Origin: Acanthaster planci
Taxonomy: Eukaryota
Assembly: GCF_001949145.1 (NCBI RefSeq)
Contig: NW_019091357.1
Coordinates: 500,671-564,670, forward strand
Length of the DNA stretch: 64,000 bases
Reading direction: 5' to 3'
Made by a program: the position numbers and the translations under genes. The notes below the pieces were generated by a model. It ran no database searches, had not been told where the DNA came from, and saw nothing but the letters and a program-made list of their open reading frames with translations. This document shows, piece by piece, positions 23,934 through 37,407 of the stretch (within the stretch, counting starts at the first letter, position 1; each line of letters starts with the position of its first letter).

Positions 23934-26339
23934 GCAATCAGATGGCTGTGCTCGGGAAGCATCCAACGACGCAAAGAAAGATTTCGTATTGAATGAAAAC
24001 GTCATGTAGTAAATTACGTCTTGCATTCCATTCCAGTTTAAGACTACTCATTTAAATGAAATGTAGGCCTCAGAACTTATAAAAACCTTGCATGAGTTAA
24101 AACTGCTCACATTTGAAAAACTATGGACCATGTTCAATGCTTTTTTAATCCGTCCAGGATAAATAAACAAAGAAATACTAGCTTCGTTTGCTTTAACCAA
24201 TAAATGCAAAAAGAAAAGTTATGCAATGTTATGGTTATATTTTGCTCGTGTTATCATTTCCTCATCTATTAATGCCTTGATATTTCTCGGCAGCATTTTT
24301 TCATTAAATGTATTTTTGTTTCCTCTGAATTTTTGTTTAAAGATTCTGTGTGATTGTCGTAAAATACTTGACGGTCCTGATTTCATCAGCTTCTCTTGAA
24401 AACTGTTGCATGCTGAAACCTTTTTTTCTTTGAATTGATAGATTCGTTGTTTTTTATTTCATTTATTATTCATTTTATTTCAAAATAAAATCTATATGGT
24501 AATGCATGGTTTCAGTGAACTCTAGCATTTCATTTAAAGCAATCACGTCTCTCTACAGTATTTTCAATGAAATGCTCTTCTGTTTATTCTTTATTTCTTA
24601 GATATTCGTTATGATTGAAGTAAAGTAGTGAAGGCGGTGCTAACTTTATTGGCTACACGGTGCTTCTCTCGAAATCGTTACATTCTGTAAAAGTTCTTTC
24701 TTTGTTTTCCGCCTTTTCAAATCTCAGTTCAGCTTCTTATATTTCTAAAGGATGGCTAAGAGAAAGACTGGGATATCTGTTCCAAGAGGTCTAGGAATTA
24801 TGTCGAGTGTACTTTGAAAGAAGCATGAGAAATTTCACAATTCAACAAAATTAAATTCTTTCGCTTACTACTTCTTATACGTAACAAATATAAGCCCCAA
24901 CACGGTAAATAACTGAGCTGTTTGTATTGTTTGTACTTTTTTGTATGTACGAACTGTCTTCTACAATTTTACAATGAAAGAATTTGTACGTCTTTGAGAT
25001 GAACGCCCTTGGTATGTTTATTATGCTACAAATTGTGCATTTCATGCTTTCTACAAACAACAAGTAAGCTTTTACCTCCGTTTGTACCAAATCAAAAAGG
25101 AAAATAGTAGCCGGTAACAGTTGTTAAGCTTATAAAAAATAATACTCTTTTAAATCCTACGGATACCATCACGCAATAGCGTTTCTGTTTGCGCCTGTAC
25201 TCACAAACTGAATTGAAGGGTCGCAAAATTTATCACAATGCAAATGCTTTTACAAATAGCCCCTTAATTTGCTTTAGTTCTGTTTCTGTTATGTGGGGAT
25301 CGGTCCTCAATATATTCATAACTCTTTATGTTCAGCACATGAGGGCGCTCTTTCAAAACGGGCCCTGCCCCTGTCCATCGGGAGCGAGTGCAAACTGGCC
25401 GAACCATTCGGGTAATTTACACTTTCAATGTTATTTTTCCAGCTGCATCTGATATAAGTAGTAAATTATTGATGTCTCGAATGGTTGTAGAATCGCCTGG
25501 GATGGATAATTACTCTTAAATTGAATCGATTTGGGGGGGGGGTCATGAATAGAACTTTTCCGTTCCACTCATGTTTATTCGGGCTCAACTTGTGCTACAA
25601 GTTACATGTACCATGGAGGAAGGAACACATAGGGGGCCTTGTGCATGTCTGCACCCGGTCTATCACACGTGCGGTGGTAGCGTGTGGATGTGTTTTATGG
25701 CTCAATGCGTAGATTCACTGACCCCTGTGTCACATCCATCCCATCCCATAGCGTGTATGGTGCACGCTGATTCATACACTTTAGCAGTGATTGTACTTTT
25801 TCGTCCAAAATGAAAAAAATGCCCACACCGAATATCTACGTGATGTATAAGTACCGGCATGGTACTGGGCACTGCCACGGCGGGTGGGCCTGAAAGTACT
25901 GTACAGTTCATGCACGATGCATGCGAAACCTTGCGGGTTTACTCTTTATCGGAGCCAGCTCTCAGTGCGCGACTGGTAGTTACTTGTAATGCTTGCTTTT
26001 GACAAATACGCCTCAATGAGAATACTTCTAACAATAAACTTTTACAGGACCCAACAATAATGTCGTATGCAGCCTCCGCCCCCCTTTGAACGCTCTGTAT
26101 GACCGCGAAAATGTTGAAAACTTTGGATCCCCCCCAAATGGCATAACATGATTGCCGGTTTTTATAGTAAAGTCGCATGCTATTTTGTACAATCAGGAGT
26201 ACATGCATATCAGGCCAGTGCAGTAGGTCACACCACGTTTAAAGGAATAACACCAATCCGACGAGGGTTAGGCGAGTTGGAACGATGTACTTGTACACGC
26301 TAATGTGCCTCAAAGTGCCACAAAGACAAGGATGTCGAA

Positions 26340-27450
26340 ACAGAAGAACCTGGAATCGTCGTAAAAAGCGGCTGTACATCAATGACCCCCGTGCAGAAGC
26401 ACCCCCTCAACGTTGTAATGAGAATATTATCAGTGCCAAGAAGACTTCCGGTGGTATGGGTCCTGTATGTCAGCCATTGGTAAGAGTGGTTCAAACCGTT
26501 TCTGCACCTTCGTTGTTACGAGTGTTACCTGAAGTCCTAGCCATATCATTTGCACAACGCATAAAGCTCCTCCAGTGTTCAAGATATGACCTGAGTTCAA
26601 GAACCAGTTCCATTTCACAACCTTTCAATTGATACACAGAGAGCCAAAGGAATATTTACAAATCTTCTCCAAGAAAAAACTTGTGAAAAAATCTAAAAGG
26701 AGCTCTTGGGGAAAATGAAAAAAAAAAACCGAACGTTCGAGAGAGAGCTTTAGTAAACACGTCAACCACCACGGGGACATCAGTTGAAGTTAATTATTCA
26801 TATTTTGGGTCATTTTAGGAAAGGTGCTGGGACAGGAAGTCCCACTTCACATTGCGCAGAATGAAGCAATGGACGCCCTCATTCGAGACAAGTTGCATGG
26901 GACTGGGCTGACCTTTGACTTCGAGTAGACAATTGGATGGCACTACTCAGGAAGTTTGCAGAGACAAATTTCTTGAAAGAAAATGTCATGTAGTAAATTA
27001 CGTCTTGCCTGCCGTTCCAGTTTACAAGAGAAAGACTACTCACTTGCGTGAAATGTATGAACTTTTCAAAACCTTGTACGAGTGAAAACTGTGAACTTTT
27101 GAAAAATTATGGACCATGTTGATTGTATTTTTATACCTATCCAGTAGCGGATAAATTAAAAACAAAGAAATGATATTTTAGGTTTTGTACTGGCTTTGTT
27201 TGCTTTAGCCCGCTGTACAGATTCAAACAGAAATTTATGCAATATTATGGTGGTATTTAGAGTTTGCATGATCATTTCGTTATTCAATAATGCCTGTATG
27301 TTTCTAGGCAGCATTTTAAATGAAATATAATTTCGTTTCTTTTGATCTTTTGTTTAAATATTCTGTATGAGATGAAATACAGAATTTGGTTTACATGTGG
27401 TAAAGTATTTAACGGTACATGTACTCACTTCATTGGCTAGAATGCTTCTC
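26340..27450 (+). pseudogene. Internally deleted sulfotransferase remnant: upstream motif joined to last intron, last exon (26819-26928) and 3' flank
   Basis: Last exon [36 protein letters not shown] follows a TTTTAG acceptor. 26465-26818 matches the last intron of copy 1 (GTCAGCCATTGGTAAGAGTGGTTCAAAC). The downstream sequence matches the copy 1 3' flank. No exons 1-6 are found between 23933 and 26819. Confidence 0.82.
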
Positions 27451-28112
27451 TTGAAATTGTTGCATCCTGCGAATTTGGGCTGTTTTTTTTAATTAATAGA
27501 TGCATACTTTGCTTTTTATTTCAACACCTTTTTCGATTAGGTAATAGGTGCTCCATTAAGAAGTTCGAAGTAACCCAACATTGAGCATTTGCAACATGAC
27601 ATGCATTGTTAAATGTTGCAACATATGCATTATTTTCGTTTTGCCCGAATAAATAAAAAGGTTAAGAAGCACCGAATCGCAGTAAGCAGTTGTAGGCCAA
27701 TCACTCCGTGCAGTAGCACCCCCTCAACAGCGTAATGATGAAGAGCGCATGTTTTGTTCACCCATGAAGCACGTTATTAGGTGATAACGGTCCTGCTCGG
27801 ATTAGGAGTTTGGACTTTGCTTTCTAACTGTAATTGTTGTTTGGTATAAGCTGGGTGTGCAATTGTTGGGCCCAAAATAGTTCTGCTTCCTAATACATCT
27901 GAAAATAGGCATGTAGGAATATTAATGCTGTTTTTAATTGTTTTAGTGTGCAGCTAGGTTTGAACCAGTTTGAATTAACGACAGCAAGAGAGGTCAGGTG
28001 GCATTTGTTGTTTCGAATGAAGGGTGGCGCATGGCAGGACTGGCAGCTTGTGTTTCTGAAAAGATACAAATTGGCCCCGCTAACATAGCTCTGTTGCAGT
28101 GTAAAAACAGGA

Positions 28113-28695
28113 CTGTATAGGGAATGTCCATGTGTCGAGAAAAATCAGACACGCTGTACAAACCCATGGGAATGTCCAATGTCGAGACAAATCAGACACT
28201 CGCTGTACAAACCCATGGCAATGTCCACTGTGTCGAGACAAATCAGACACTCGCTGTACAAACCTATGGGAATGTCCAATGTCGAGACGAATCAGACATT
28301 CGCTGTACAAACCTATGGGAATGTCCAATGTCGAGACAAATCAGACATTTGCTGTACAAACCTATGGGAATGTCCAATGTCGAGACAAATCAGACACTCG
28401 CTGTACAAACCTATGGGAATGTCCACTGTGTCGAGACAAATCAGACACTCGCTGTACAAACCTATGGGAATGTCCAATGTCGAGACAAATCAGACACTCG
28501 CTGTACAAACCTATGGGAATGTCCAATGTCGAGACAAATTAGACACTCGCTGTACAAACCCATGGCAATGTCCACTGTGTCGAGACAAATCAGACATTCG
28601 CTGTACAAACCTATGGGAATGTCCACTGTCGAGACAAATCAGACATTCGCTGTACAAACCTATGGGAATGTCCATTGTCGAGACAAATTGGACAT
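28113..28695 (+). repeat. Minisatellite, ~11.5 copies of a 49-bp unit (some 51 bp)
   Basis: Consensus GGGAATGTCCAATGTCGAGACAAATCAGACACTCGCTGTACAAACCTAT, with unit starts near 28120, 28168, 28217, 28268, 28317, 28366, 28415, 28466, 28515, 28564, 28615, 28664. It explains the repetitive ORFs in all frames at 28124-28820. Confidence 0.95.
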
Positions 28696-28843
28696 TTTGG
28701 TCCAGCTCGGGGCTCATTAAGATAAGGCTTTTGACGGTTTTACAAGCCTTTATCTTCTTCTGTGGCACGTTTGATAATGTTATCTATTTTTTTCTTTTCA
28801 GGAACTGTAAGCTCAGTTAAGGCAGCAACATTCTGCATGAATC

Positions 28844-31800
28844 ATGGATAAATATACCACTTTTGAGGAATGTAAGTAGTATATGTAATTCGACAGTCTT
28901 AATTTAGGGTTTGTAGGAATGACGAGAAATTTTCTTCTTTAGTTTATTGGCGCCACGACCAGTTCGCTTTTCTGCAACTTGCCAAACCCTAATAAACAAA
29001 ACAAAACAAAATCTTGGACTGCACTTTACATTTGAAAGCCTAGCTTGCATGAAATGTAGATCGAAACTATGCCTAGAGGCAAAAGTCGAACGCAAAATAA
29101 ACGTGGGGAACAGATACTTGAAACATAGTCCATGTTAACAACTTGATACACAGATCAGCAGCTATGGCAGAAAAGAGATCTCTTGAACCTGCCCGATGAG
29201 GAGTATCAAGGAATCAACCTGTATCATTGCATGTCTGAAAATACTGAACGTCTTAAAACATGGACGACTAGGGAGGATGATATCTGGATTGTTACATTCG
29301 TAAAAGCAGGTAAGATTGACAGGTAAAAGGGGTCACAAGCAGACTCTGAAAAAGAATATCTTGGCATAGAGATTATTGCAATCATGGCTNNNNNNNNNNN
29401 NNNNNNNNNNNNNNNNNNNNNNNNNNNNNNNNNNNNNNNNNNNNNNNNNNNNNNNNNNNNNNNNNNNNNNNNNNNNNNNNNNNNNNNNNNNNNNNNNNNN
29501 NNNNNNNNNNNNNNNNNNNNNNNNNNNNNNNNNNNNNNNNNNNNNNNNNNNNNNNNNNNNNNNNNNNNNNNNNNNNNNNNNNNNNNNNNNNNNNNNNNNN
29601 NNNNNNNNNNNNNNNNNNNNNNNNNNNNNNNNNNNNNNNNNNNNNNNNNNNNNNNNNNNNNNNNNNAGCTCAATCACGGATAAGCTCAACTTGATAGTTT
29701 GAATTGACAAAAAGCATTTTTTTGTTTATTAAAAATGTTTGCAGTCATTGGGTAAACTATGAGAATGTGACAGCAACACTTTGAGTACTTTGTTATTTTG
29801 ACGTTTAAGTGTTAGTCCTCTCAGGTTCCTACATTGGATAATGACTCGCATTGTTTATAGAATTACATTTATGTTGTTTATCATAGGCACAACTTGGGTC
29901 CAAGAGATCGTGTCTTGCATAATGCATGATGGCGACTTGGGAGCTGTTAATAACAAGCACACGACATTTCGAGTGCTTTTCATAGAGCACGATTTTCCAC
30001 AACAACTACGTCGACTGAAAAACGTAGGTATCCTTCAAGCATTCCTTCAATTTTCTTCTATGTTGAAATTGGAGGCAGACACATTTTAAATATGGCAGCT
30101 CAGAGGACCCAGGAACTATGACAAGCCGATTTCCGAACTCTTAAAAACGTTACAGTTCTGCAAGAAACCGAAAAACCACACAGGATTTACCGTCCAGTCA
30201 CTGCACCAACTGTCTTTCTTGAAAGTTGCCTCGATCGTTACTTGCAGCTCCCAGATACTCTTCAAATTGCGGAGGAGACACCTTCTCCTCGGATTCTCAA
30301 AAGTCATCTGCCTGGTCAGCTCCTCCCTCCTCAGATATGGGAGAAGAAACCCAAGATTGTCTACGTCTTGAGAAACCCAAAAGATGTTGTGGTGTCTTTC
30401 TTCTACTTCTCCAAATTGTGCCGAAATGACCCCAAGGTACTCAACAAGACGTTTGATGAGTTCTTCCAAGAAATGCTCGAAGGAACAAGTAAGTGCTTTC
30501 TTATTTTTTGGCGCTGTACTTAGTATTAGTGTTGACCATAATCACTGTACTGTAATATTGTTTGTAGACGTTTCTACCAATTCTTTATACAAAGATAATA
30601 TAACCGGTACTTTTATTGGTGGTGGTGGTGGTGGGGGGGTTCCCACAACCACCTGATCAGAAAGAGGGAGGACTGATACTTCCTTACTAACAGGGCTCTA
30701 AGCCCGAGTAGTGCACAGTTCATAGTGGATCAGAGTATTGGTTCACGATCAATTATTCTCCAAAAGTATCTTGTCCTTCAATGACATCCCATCTGTTTCA
30801 ATCCAAGATCACTATGGGCCTTGGTGGGATCATTACCTGTACTTTTGGAAACGAAGACATGACGAGAACATTCTAGTGCTGCGATTTGAAGACATTAAAC
30901 GGGTGGGTGTCAATAAGAACTATTGAATTTCAAAAATTATTCAAAAACCAACTTACCTTTTATTCGAACCGGTATCATCAGAAACCGTTTTCATCAACCA
31001 ACCTTTTACAACTTGTCTCTTACCAGACATCTACTTTGGTTACTTGCAACTTGTTATTCAATTTAAGCACTCGATCCCACTACCCACCGCTACGTATTAA
31101 GCAAGGCATGTGCAGCAAAATAGCCACACTTTAACTGTAATGCTAATATATTGTCGGATGATGCAATACAGTAGGCAAACTTATAAGTAAGGCTCGTTCG
31201 AGCCTTCTGTTTGCACATTTTCATGACGCTGACTAGCCTCACTTATAAGTCACAGTGGGTAGTCGGATCGGGTGCCTATAAAAAATGTCACTTCGCGTTC
31301 TTTCAGGATCTGCGAGGCACTGTTGAGAACATCAGTCAATTTCTCGACAAGAAGCTGTCTAACGAGACAATCGATGCCATTACGGAGCACTGCACGTTCC
31401 GTAATATGAAGAAAAACAAGATGGCTCAACTCGACAGCCTGTTTGATAAGAAAGACTTGCCTGAAGGAAGCTCTTTCATGAGAAAAGGTCGGTTATGAGT
31501 GGGAAGAAGGAATTCAGTTGACAAAAAACCAGAAATTTACCTAAGTGACAACTACAGTGCTATTATACAATTAAGTCCTGAAAGGTAGTAAAGCTGTATT
31601 TAATATCTAAGAAACGGAAAGTATATGGGATATGGCTTTCGTCAAAATGTGGCAGTTGCTGTGCTAACATGCGCGTTCATATAAGCCATTGGTATTTAAA
31701 CAGTGGCTCAAGCTCTTCTACTTTGATGCAAGAAAACACCAGTAACAATACGTCACCTGCTACACGGAGACCAGTGTAGATTAGTAATTTTTGCATTGAT

Positions 31801-31929
31801 ATTTTTTGGGTCATTTTAGGAAAGGTCGGGGACTGGAAATCCCACTTCACGGTCGCGCAGAATGAAGCAATGGACGCCCTCATTCGAGACAAGTTGCATG
31901 GGACAGGGCTAACTTTTGACTTCGAGTAG
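28844..31929 (+). CDS. Cytosolic sulfotransferase (SULT1-like), tandem copy 2, 7 exons, 315 aa
   Basis: Exons 28844-28871, 29154-29309, 29887-30023, 30248-30488, 30808-30902, 31307-31487, 31820-31929. Exon sizes and motifs are the same as copy 1 ([37 protein letters not shown]). The N gap falls in intron 2. Confidence 0.92.
29390..29666. other. Assembly gap (N run)
   Basis: Run of n. Confidence 0.99.
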
Positions 31930-34581
31930 ACAGTCGGATGTTTCTACTCGGGAGCTATTCAACGGCTGACACAGAACTTTCTACGACTAAATTTGGGAAC
32001 AAAGATTTTGTCACCAGGAAAGAAGATTTTTTATGCAGCAAATTAGGTCTTTCCTTCCATTCCTGTTTACAATCGAAAGGCTACAATTACACGTCATGTG
32101 TGAAACATTTTATCTCGTATGAATGATAACTGTGCAATATTTTTGCATTTATCCCGTCCAGGATAAATAAAAAATGAAAGAATGGTTTTCTAGGTTGCGT
32201 ACCTCCACTGTTTGCATTAACCCGCCGAACAAAATTTGAAATCAAACTTTATGTCGCATTGTACGGTGTCTGTAAACTCTCGCGTGATCATTTCGACATT
32301 GATTAATGCCTTCATGAATGAGCATTTGTTGCCATTTGTACAAATTCCTTTAAAATTCATGTTGACAGCAATAAAAAAACTGATATTTTTGAAAGGATGG
32401 TTTTCGGTTGTGTCTGAAGCACTCACAAATATTTCAGATTGGAAGTTACCACAATGCAACATCTTTTCACAAATAACCCATTTTCCTCGCTATAATTTTG
32501 TTTCGATTGTACTTTATTAAACACTTCATTTTGGCGTAACCCTTTGACTTGTTTGCCTTTCATGCCGAACAGTCACAACTCACAAGCCACGTTTACAAAC
32601 GTATCAATAATTCATTTTCAGTAACTACACACCCAATACGAGACATATACAAAAATTATAATCATTAACACCCAGTTATGTGAACTGTGAAAGTCTGTAG
32701 AAACATAACTATGCTTTTTATGATTTTTTTTCATCTTTATTAGAGGAGAGGCTATGTATTCTTGACGTAGGATCAAACTTGCTAATATTTGGGCCGAACA
32801 CACAAAATTTAATTTTACTTCTGATTTAATAAATAGAGTTTCAAGCGAATGTGTTGAATGTATTTATAGCACCTTTTCAGAAGACTGTATGTTTTGTTTT
32901 TCTGTGTTAAAAATCTGAAAATGTCAAATTCAAATTTCCTTCATACAGTATTTTGCAATCCTAAATGAAACGAGGACATACGCGAATTCTAGTCAAGTGT
33001 TGTGCGTTGGAATCTGTCTTATACATCGATCTCCACTAACTCTATAACATTGTTCATTATTGAATACAGGTTGACTAAACTTCTTGATTAGTCTGTGACA
33101 CTTGTGCATCTTGGTTTCGAAATAGGCCTACCCAATATTTAGCTGTTGCAATATGTTTACATTATTTAATGCATGCTGCATCATTCTTTTCGTTTTGCGC
33201 GAAAAAAACGGGAAGTCTAAACAAAATAGAATAGCAGTAAGTGGTTGTACGTCAATTGCTACGTGCAGAAGCACCCCCTCAACGTTGAAATGAGGAAGAG
33301 CGCATTATGTTCTGTTTACCCATGAAGCTTATGATCAGTTCCAACATAGTTTGGTCAGTACTTCTTGTGAATTCTAACAGTTTCTTTCTTGTCCAATAAT
33401 GCGAAATATTACCCGAAAAGCTCGTCTTTGTCAGTGGTCAAACTAAAAGGACAAAGACAGCAAATTTATTTCACAGTCAGGAAACTGTGGAAAGGTGATG
33501 CAAAATTGAACATGCAACAGATTTTCGTAGACGTTTAGGTCCGACATCGACAAGAATTAAATAAAGAGTGAATGGCAACTACCCCTATATGTGCCGTATC
33601 ATACATGTATTAACGATGAGGAAGTTGAAACGAAATCTTTACAGAAGCTAGGTCTAAAGCGTACGTGTTTGCGCGGAGTTTACATAGACTTTTTCCAGGT
33701 CTACATAAAGACCTAAAGGTCTACAAGTAGATTACAAACACAACACTTTGCATGCATTACCATCGCAACACACCATAGGTCCAGCACGATCGGACATCAC
33801 AGCAGAAAAAGGTCAATTGAAGATAAGCTAGTCAAGCATACAGCGTTGCATGTGGTTAAAGCATGCCCGTAGGAATAGGCCTATAAGCGATCACCGAGTC
33901 CAAGGCGGTCCACACGGGGTGGTATTGTTTGCATTTAGTCACGTGGGTGAAAAAGGTCAATACCAACGTGACAAATGACCCCAATTAGTACGGCGAGAAC
34001 GAATACTTGGTGACCTTCCGTCGCAGAGAGGATCGAATCAGGATCGAGATTCAGTGTAAAAGCGGCCTGGTTTATTTGTGGTTAGTATAATACCCAGCCC
34101 TTAGTTTTATTATCTTAGTGGATGGCGATCCCCCTTGGCAGGATCTGGTCTAAGCGCGGTCGTAGACATGGCTATACCACGGAGGAAAGAATACGAAGCA
34201 ATTGATATACTGCATAAATCTCTCATGTAACCCATTCATCTCAACACACGTACTGTCACGCGTTACTAATTGTGCAAGGAGTAGTCTGTAGAGTAGGAAT
34301 GTAATTTTCGACAATAGACAAGGGTTCATCGTCACGCCCACATTAGTCCACTTTCTTCATTTACTGCGGAATACTTTGGTGTAAGTCTTTTTTCATTTTT
34401 ATCTCAGTTTTATTATTATCTGTTGATAACTCTTTGCTATAAGCAATGTAAATTAAGCAGCATTCCCAGAATATATTGTTCCAAATACCATTATTGCACA
34501 CCAAAATCGTTTCTGACAGTTATATGTTCCTTTTAACAGGTAGTGTCAGCTTACTCAAGGCAGCAACATTCTACAGGAACC

Positions 34582-37407
34582 ATGGAAAAATATGTCACCT
34601 TTGAGGAATGTACGTAGGCCTACAAATTCTACAGCCTTAATTTTACGATTTGTAGGCTGATCGTTTTTCTTGTTTCATTTATGGGTACCAGGTGCGCGGC
34701 TGCTTTTCTGCCCCAACGAAAACCTAGACAATACTTTGTTATTCAAAAGCCTGGCCGGCATGATATCCCTACTCACAACCACGTCGAAGAAATTTCATGC
34801 AGAGTAAAACTAGATACTTGGCTCGTAAATTGAAATATGGTCTACCTCAACAACTTGATACACAGATCAGCAACTATGGCAGAAATCAAATCTCATGAAC
34901 CTGCCCGACGAAGAGTTCGAAGGAATCAAGCTGTATCAAAGTATGGCCAAGAACGTGGAAGGTCTCAAGACATGGACAGTTAGAGAGGATGATATCTGGG
35001 TCGTGACATTCATGAAAACAGGTGAGAAAGACAATCAGACGGGGAGAAGCTGGACAAGCTCAACTTGATGGTTTCGGTTTACACTACAAAGAGCACGCTT
35101 CTTTCATTGTCTTCTTTACTTGAAGATATCAGCAAACTAATGTGACAGCGACACTTTCGAGTACTATGGGATCTTGACACTTAAGTCTTGGAGCACAATT
35201 TTCCTATTCTGGCTAATGTTTCGCACTGTTTGTAGAATTTATGTTGTTTTTTAATCATATATAGGCACAACTTGGGTCCAAGAGATTGTGTCCTGCATAA
35301 TGCATGACGGCGACTTGGACACTGTCAACAACAAACACACAACATTCCGGGTGCTGTTCATTGAGCATGATTTTTCGGAACAATTACGTCTACTGAAAAA
35401 GGTTGGTATGCTTTGAGTATTCTTATAATTCTCTTTAAAGATGAAACTAGGGGCTGACATAAAAGGGTACCGTAGCTCAGAAGACTCAGGAAACTGACAT
35501 GTAGCTGAAATTGATTGAAAATTGGTTAATTAAGTTTTATAGGGAGAGCTCCAGAATCCTTCCTCCAAACTTTGACGGAACCAGGTGACGTAGGACTGCA
35601 AACCCGTACATCCCATCCTGTTGGGGTTTCAAAATCTGCAATGGCAGGCAACCAGGACAAGGAAGTGCAGTTGTGAGAAGCAGATTTCCAAACTCCCCAA
35701 TAATTCACGTCCTTGTATTAAGACAAAAACACAGGATTTACTGTTCAGTCACTGCACCAAATGTCTTTCTTGAAAGTTGCCTCAATCGTTACTTGCAGCT
35801 CCCAGATTCTCTCCAAATTGCGGGGGAGACACCTTCACCGCGGCTTCTCAAAAGTCATCTGCCTGGTCAGCTCCTTCCTCCTCAGATATGGGAGAAGAAA
35901 CCCAAGATTGTTTACGTCTTGAGGAACCCAAAGGATGTTTCAGTGTCTTTTTTCCACTTTTCCAAATTGTGCCGAAATGATCCCAAGGTACTCAACAAGA
36001 CGTTTGATGAGTTCTTCCAAGAAATGCTAAAAGGAACAAGTAGGTGCTTTCTATTCTTTTGGCAAGGCGCGTGCCACTTCCGTTGCCCGCAGACTGTGAA
36101 CAGCGAAATAATTATGGTATATCAAACCTTTTTGGGGGGGGACTATTATTTTTTTAAAACCAATTCTTAATGTGATCGGTTTGAAATTGCAAAGAAGATG
36201 GATTACCATGGTGTTTTTTGGGTGACTGGGTGGGTTCATCCCATTTCCCAAAGTTAAACAGTGAGAGCAGGGAGACTTCCCCATTGCCAGGGCTACTGGT
36301 CCGAGTACGGCACAATGGATGATAGATCGATGCACTGATCTTCCAAGGAATCTTATGCTTAACGGTATCTTTTCTGTTTCAATCCAAGATCACTATGGGC
36401 CGTGGTGGGATCATTACCTGTACTTTTGGAATCGAAGACATGACGAGAATATTCTTGTGCTGCGATTTGAAGACATTAAACGGGTAGGTATCAATAAGAA
36501 TTGGTTAAATAAAAAACGACTTACGATTTATTCGAACCAATAACAACACCGGTGTTGGCTTGTGTATTAACACCACATCACCCTAGGTTACTAGCACAGA
36601 TGGTAGTCATTTTGAAATACGTCACTTATAAGTTCTTCATTTGATTCAAGGACCTACGAGGTACTGTTGAGACAGTTTGTCGATTTCTGGGCAAGAAACT
36701 GTCTGATGAGACTATCAATATTATTACGGAGCACTGCACTTTCAGTAACATGAAGAGAAACAAGATGGCTCAACTCGACAGCCTGTTTGACAAGAAAGAC
36801 TTGCCTGAAGGAAGCTCTTTCATGAGGAAAGGTTGGTTATGAGCAGGAAAAGGTTATAAACTTGGCAAAGGGGACCTGCTGGTAATACCGGCTAAAGCTG
36901 TATTGACATCTCTATAACAACTAGTGTTTAAGATATATGAAAGGGTTGCGTAGCACCTTGTTTAAGATATGCTGGACGAGGCTGTTGTAAAACTATTGGC
37001 AGTAGCGGTGCTAATGCAAGTAATTGGTAACAACGGCTTAACGTATTTCTCATTAACGTGTGCGTTGCTATTAGCCGTAGCCATACCCTTTGGAAGACGC
37101 ACAGCTCGGTCCAATTATCAAGGAATGACCCAAGATCAACGACCATTTTCCCTCTACAACCCTCCACTTGACACAAGTCTCCTGGGGATGAAAAATAATT
37201 AAAAATTAAAGCTTGCTGGAAAGCAACAGTAAAAATAAGTGACCTGCTATACGGACACTGGTGTAGGTTGCATTTATATTTGTTTGGGTCATTTTAGGAA
37301 AGGTCGGGGACTGGAAATCCCACTTCACGGTTGCGCAGAATGAAGCAATGGACGCCCTCATTCAAGACAAGTTGCATGGGACAGGGCTGAAATTTGACTA
37401 TGAATAA
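34582..37407 (+). CDS. Cytosolic sulfotransferase (SULT1-like), tandem copy 3, 7 exons, 315 aa
   Basis: Exons 34582-34609, 34866-35021, 35265-35401, 35799-36039, 36389-36483, 36651-36831, 37298-37407. Motifs [37 protein letters not shown]; ends LKFDYE*. Confidence 0.92.

Noticed and set aside
28113..28820. Possible CRISPR array or repetitive Cys-rich protein (ORFs 28124-28720, 28132-28542, 28179-28820)
   Set aside because: The units are contiguous with no unique spacers, there are no cas genes, and the context is eukaryotic. The 49-bp period is not a multiple of 3, so the same peptides rotate through all frames, as expected for a non-coding minisatellite.
28844..37407. SULT copies 2 and 3 as uncollapsed alleles of one gene
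   Set aside because: Introns and flanks differ widely in length and sequence, and the exon similarities are mosaic across all three copies, which favours true paralogs. Long reads would settle it.
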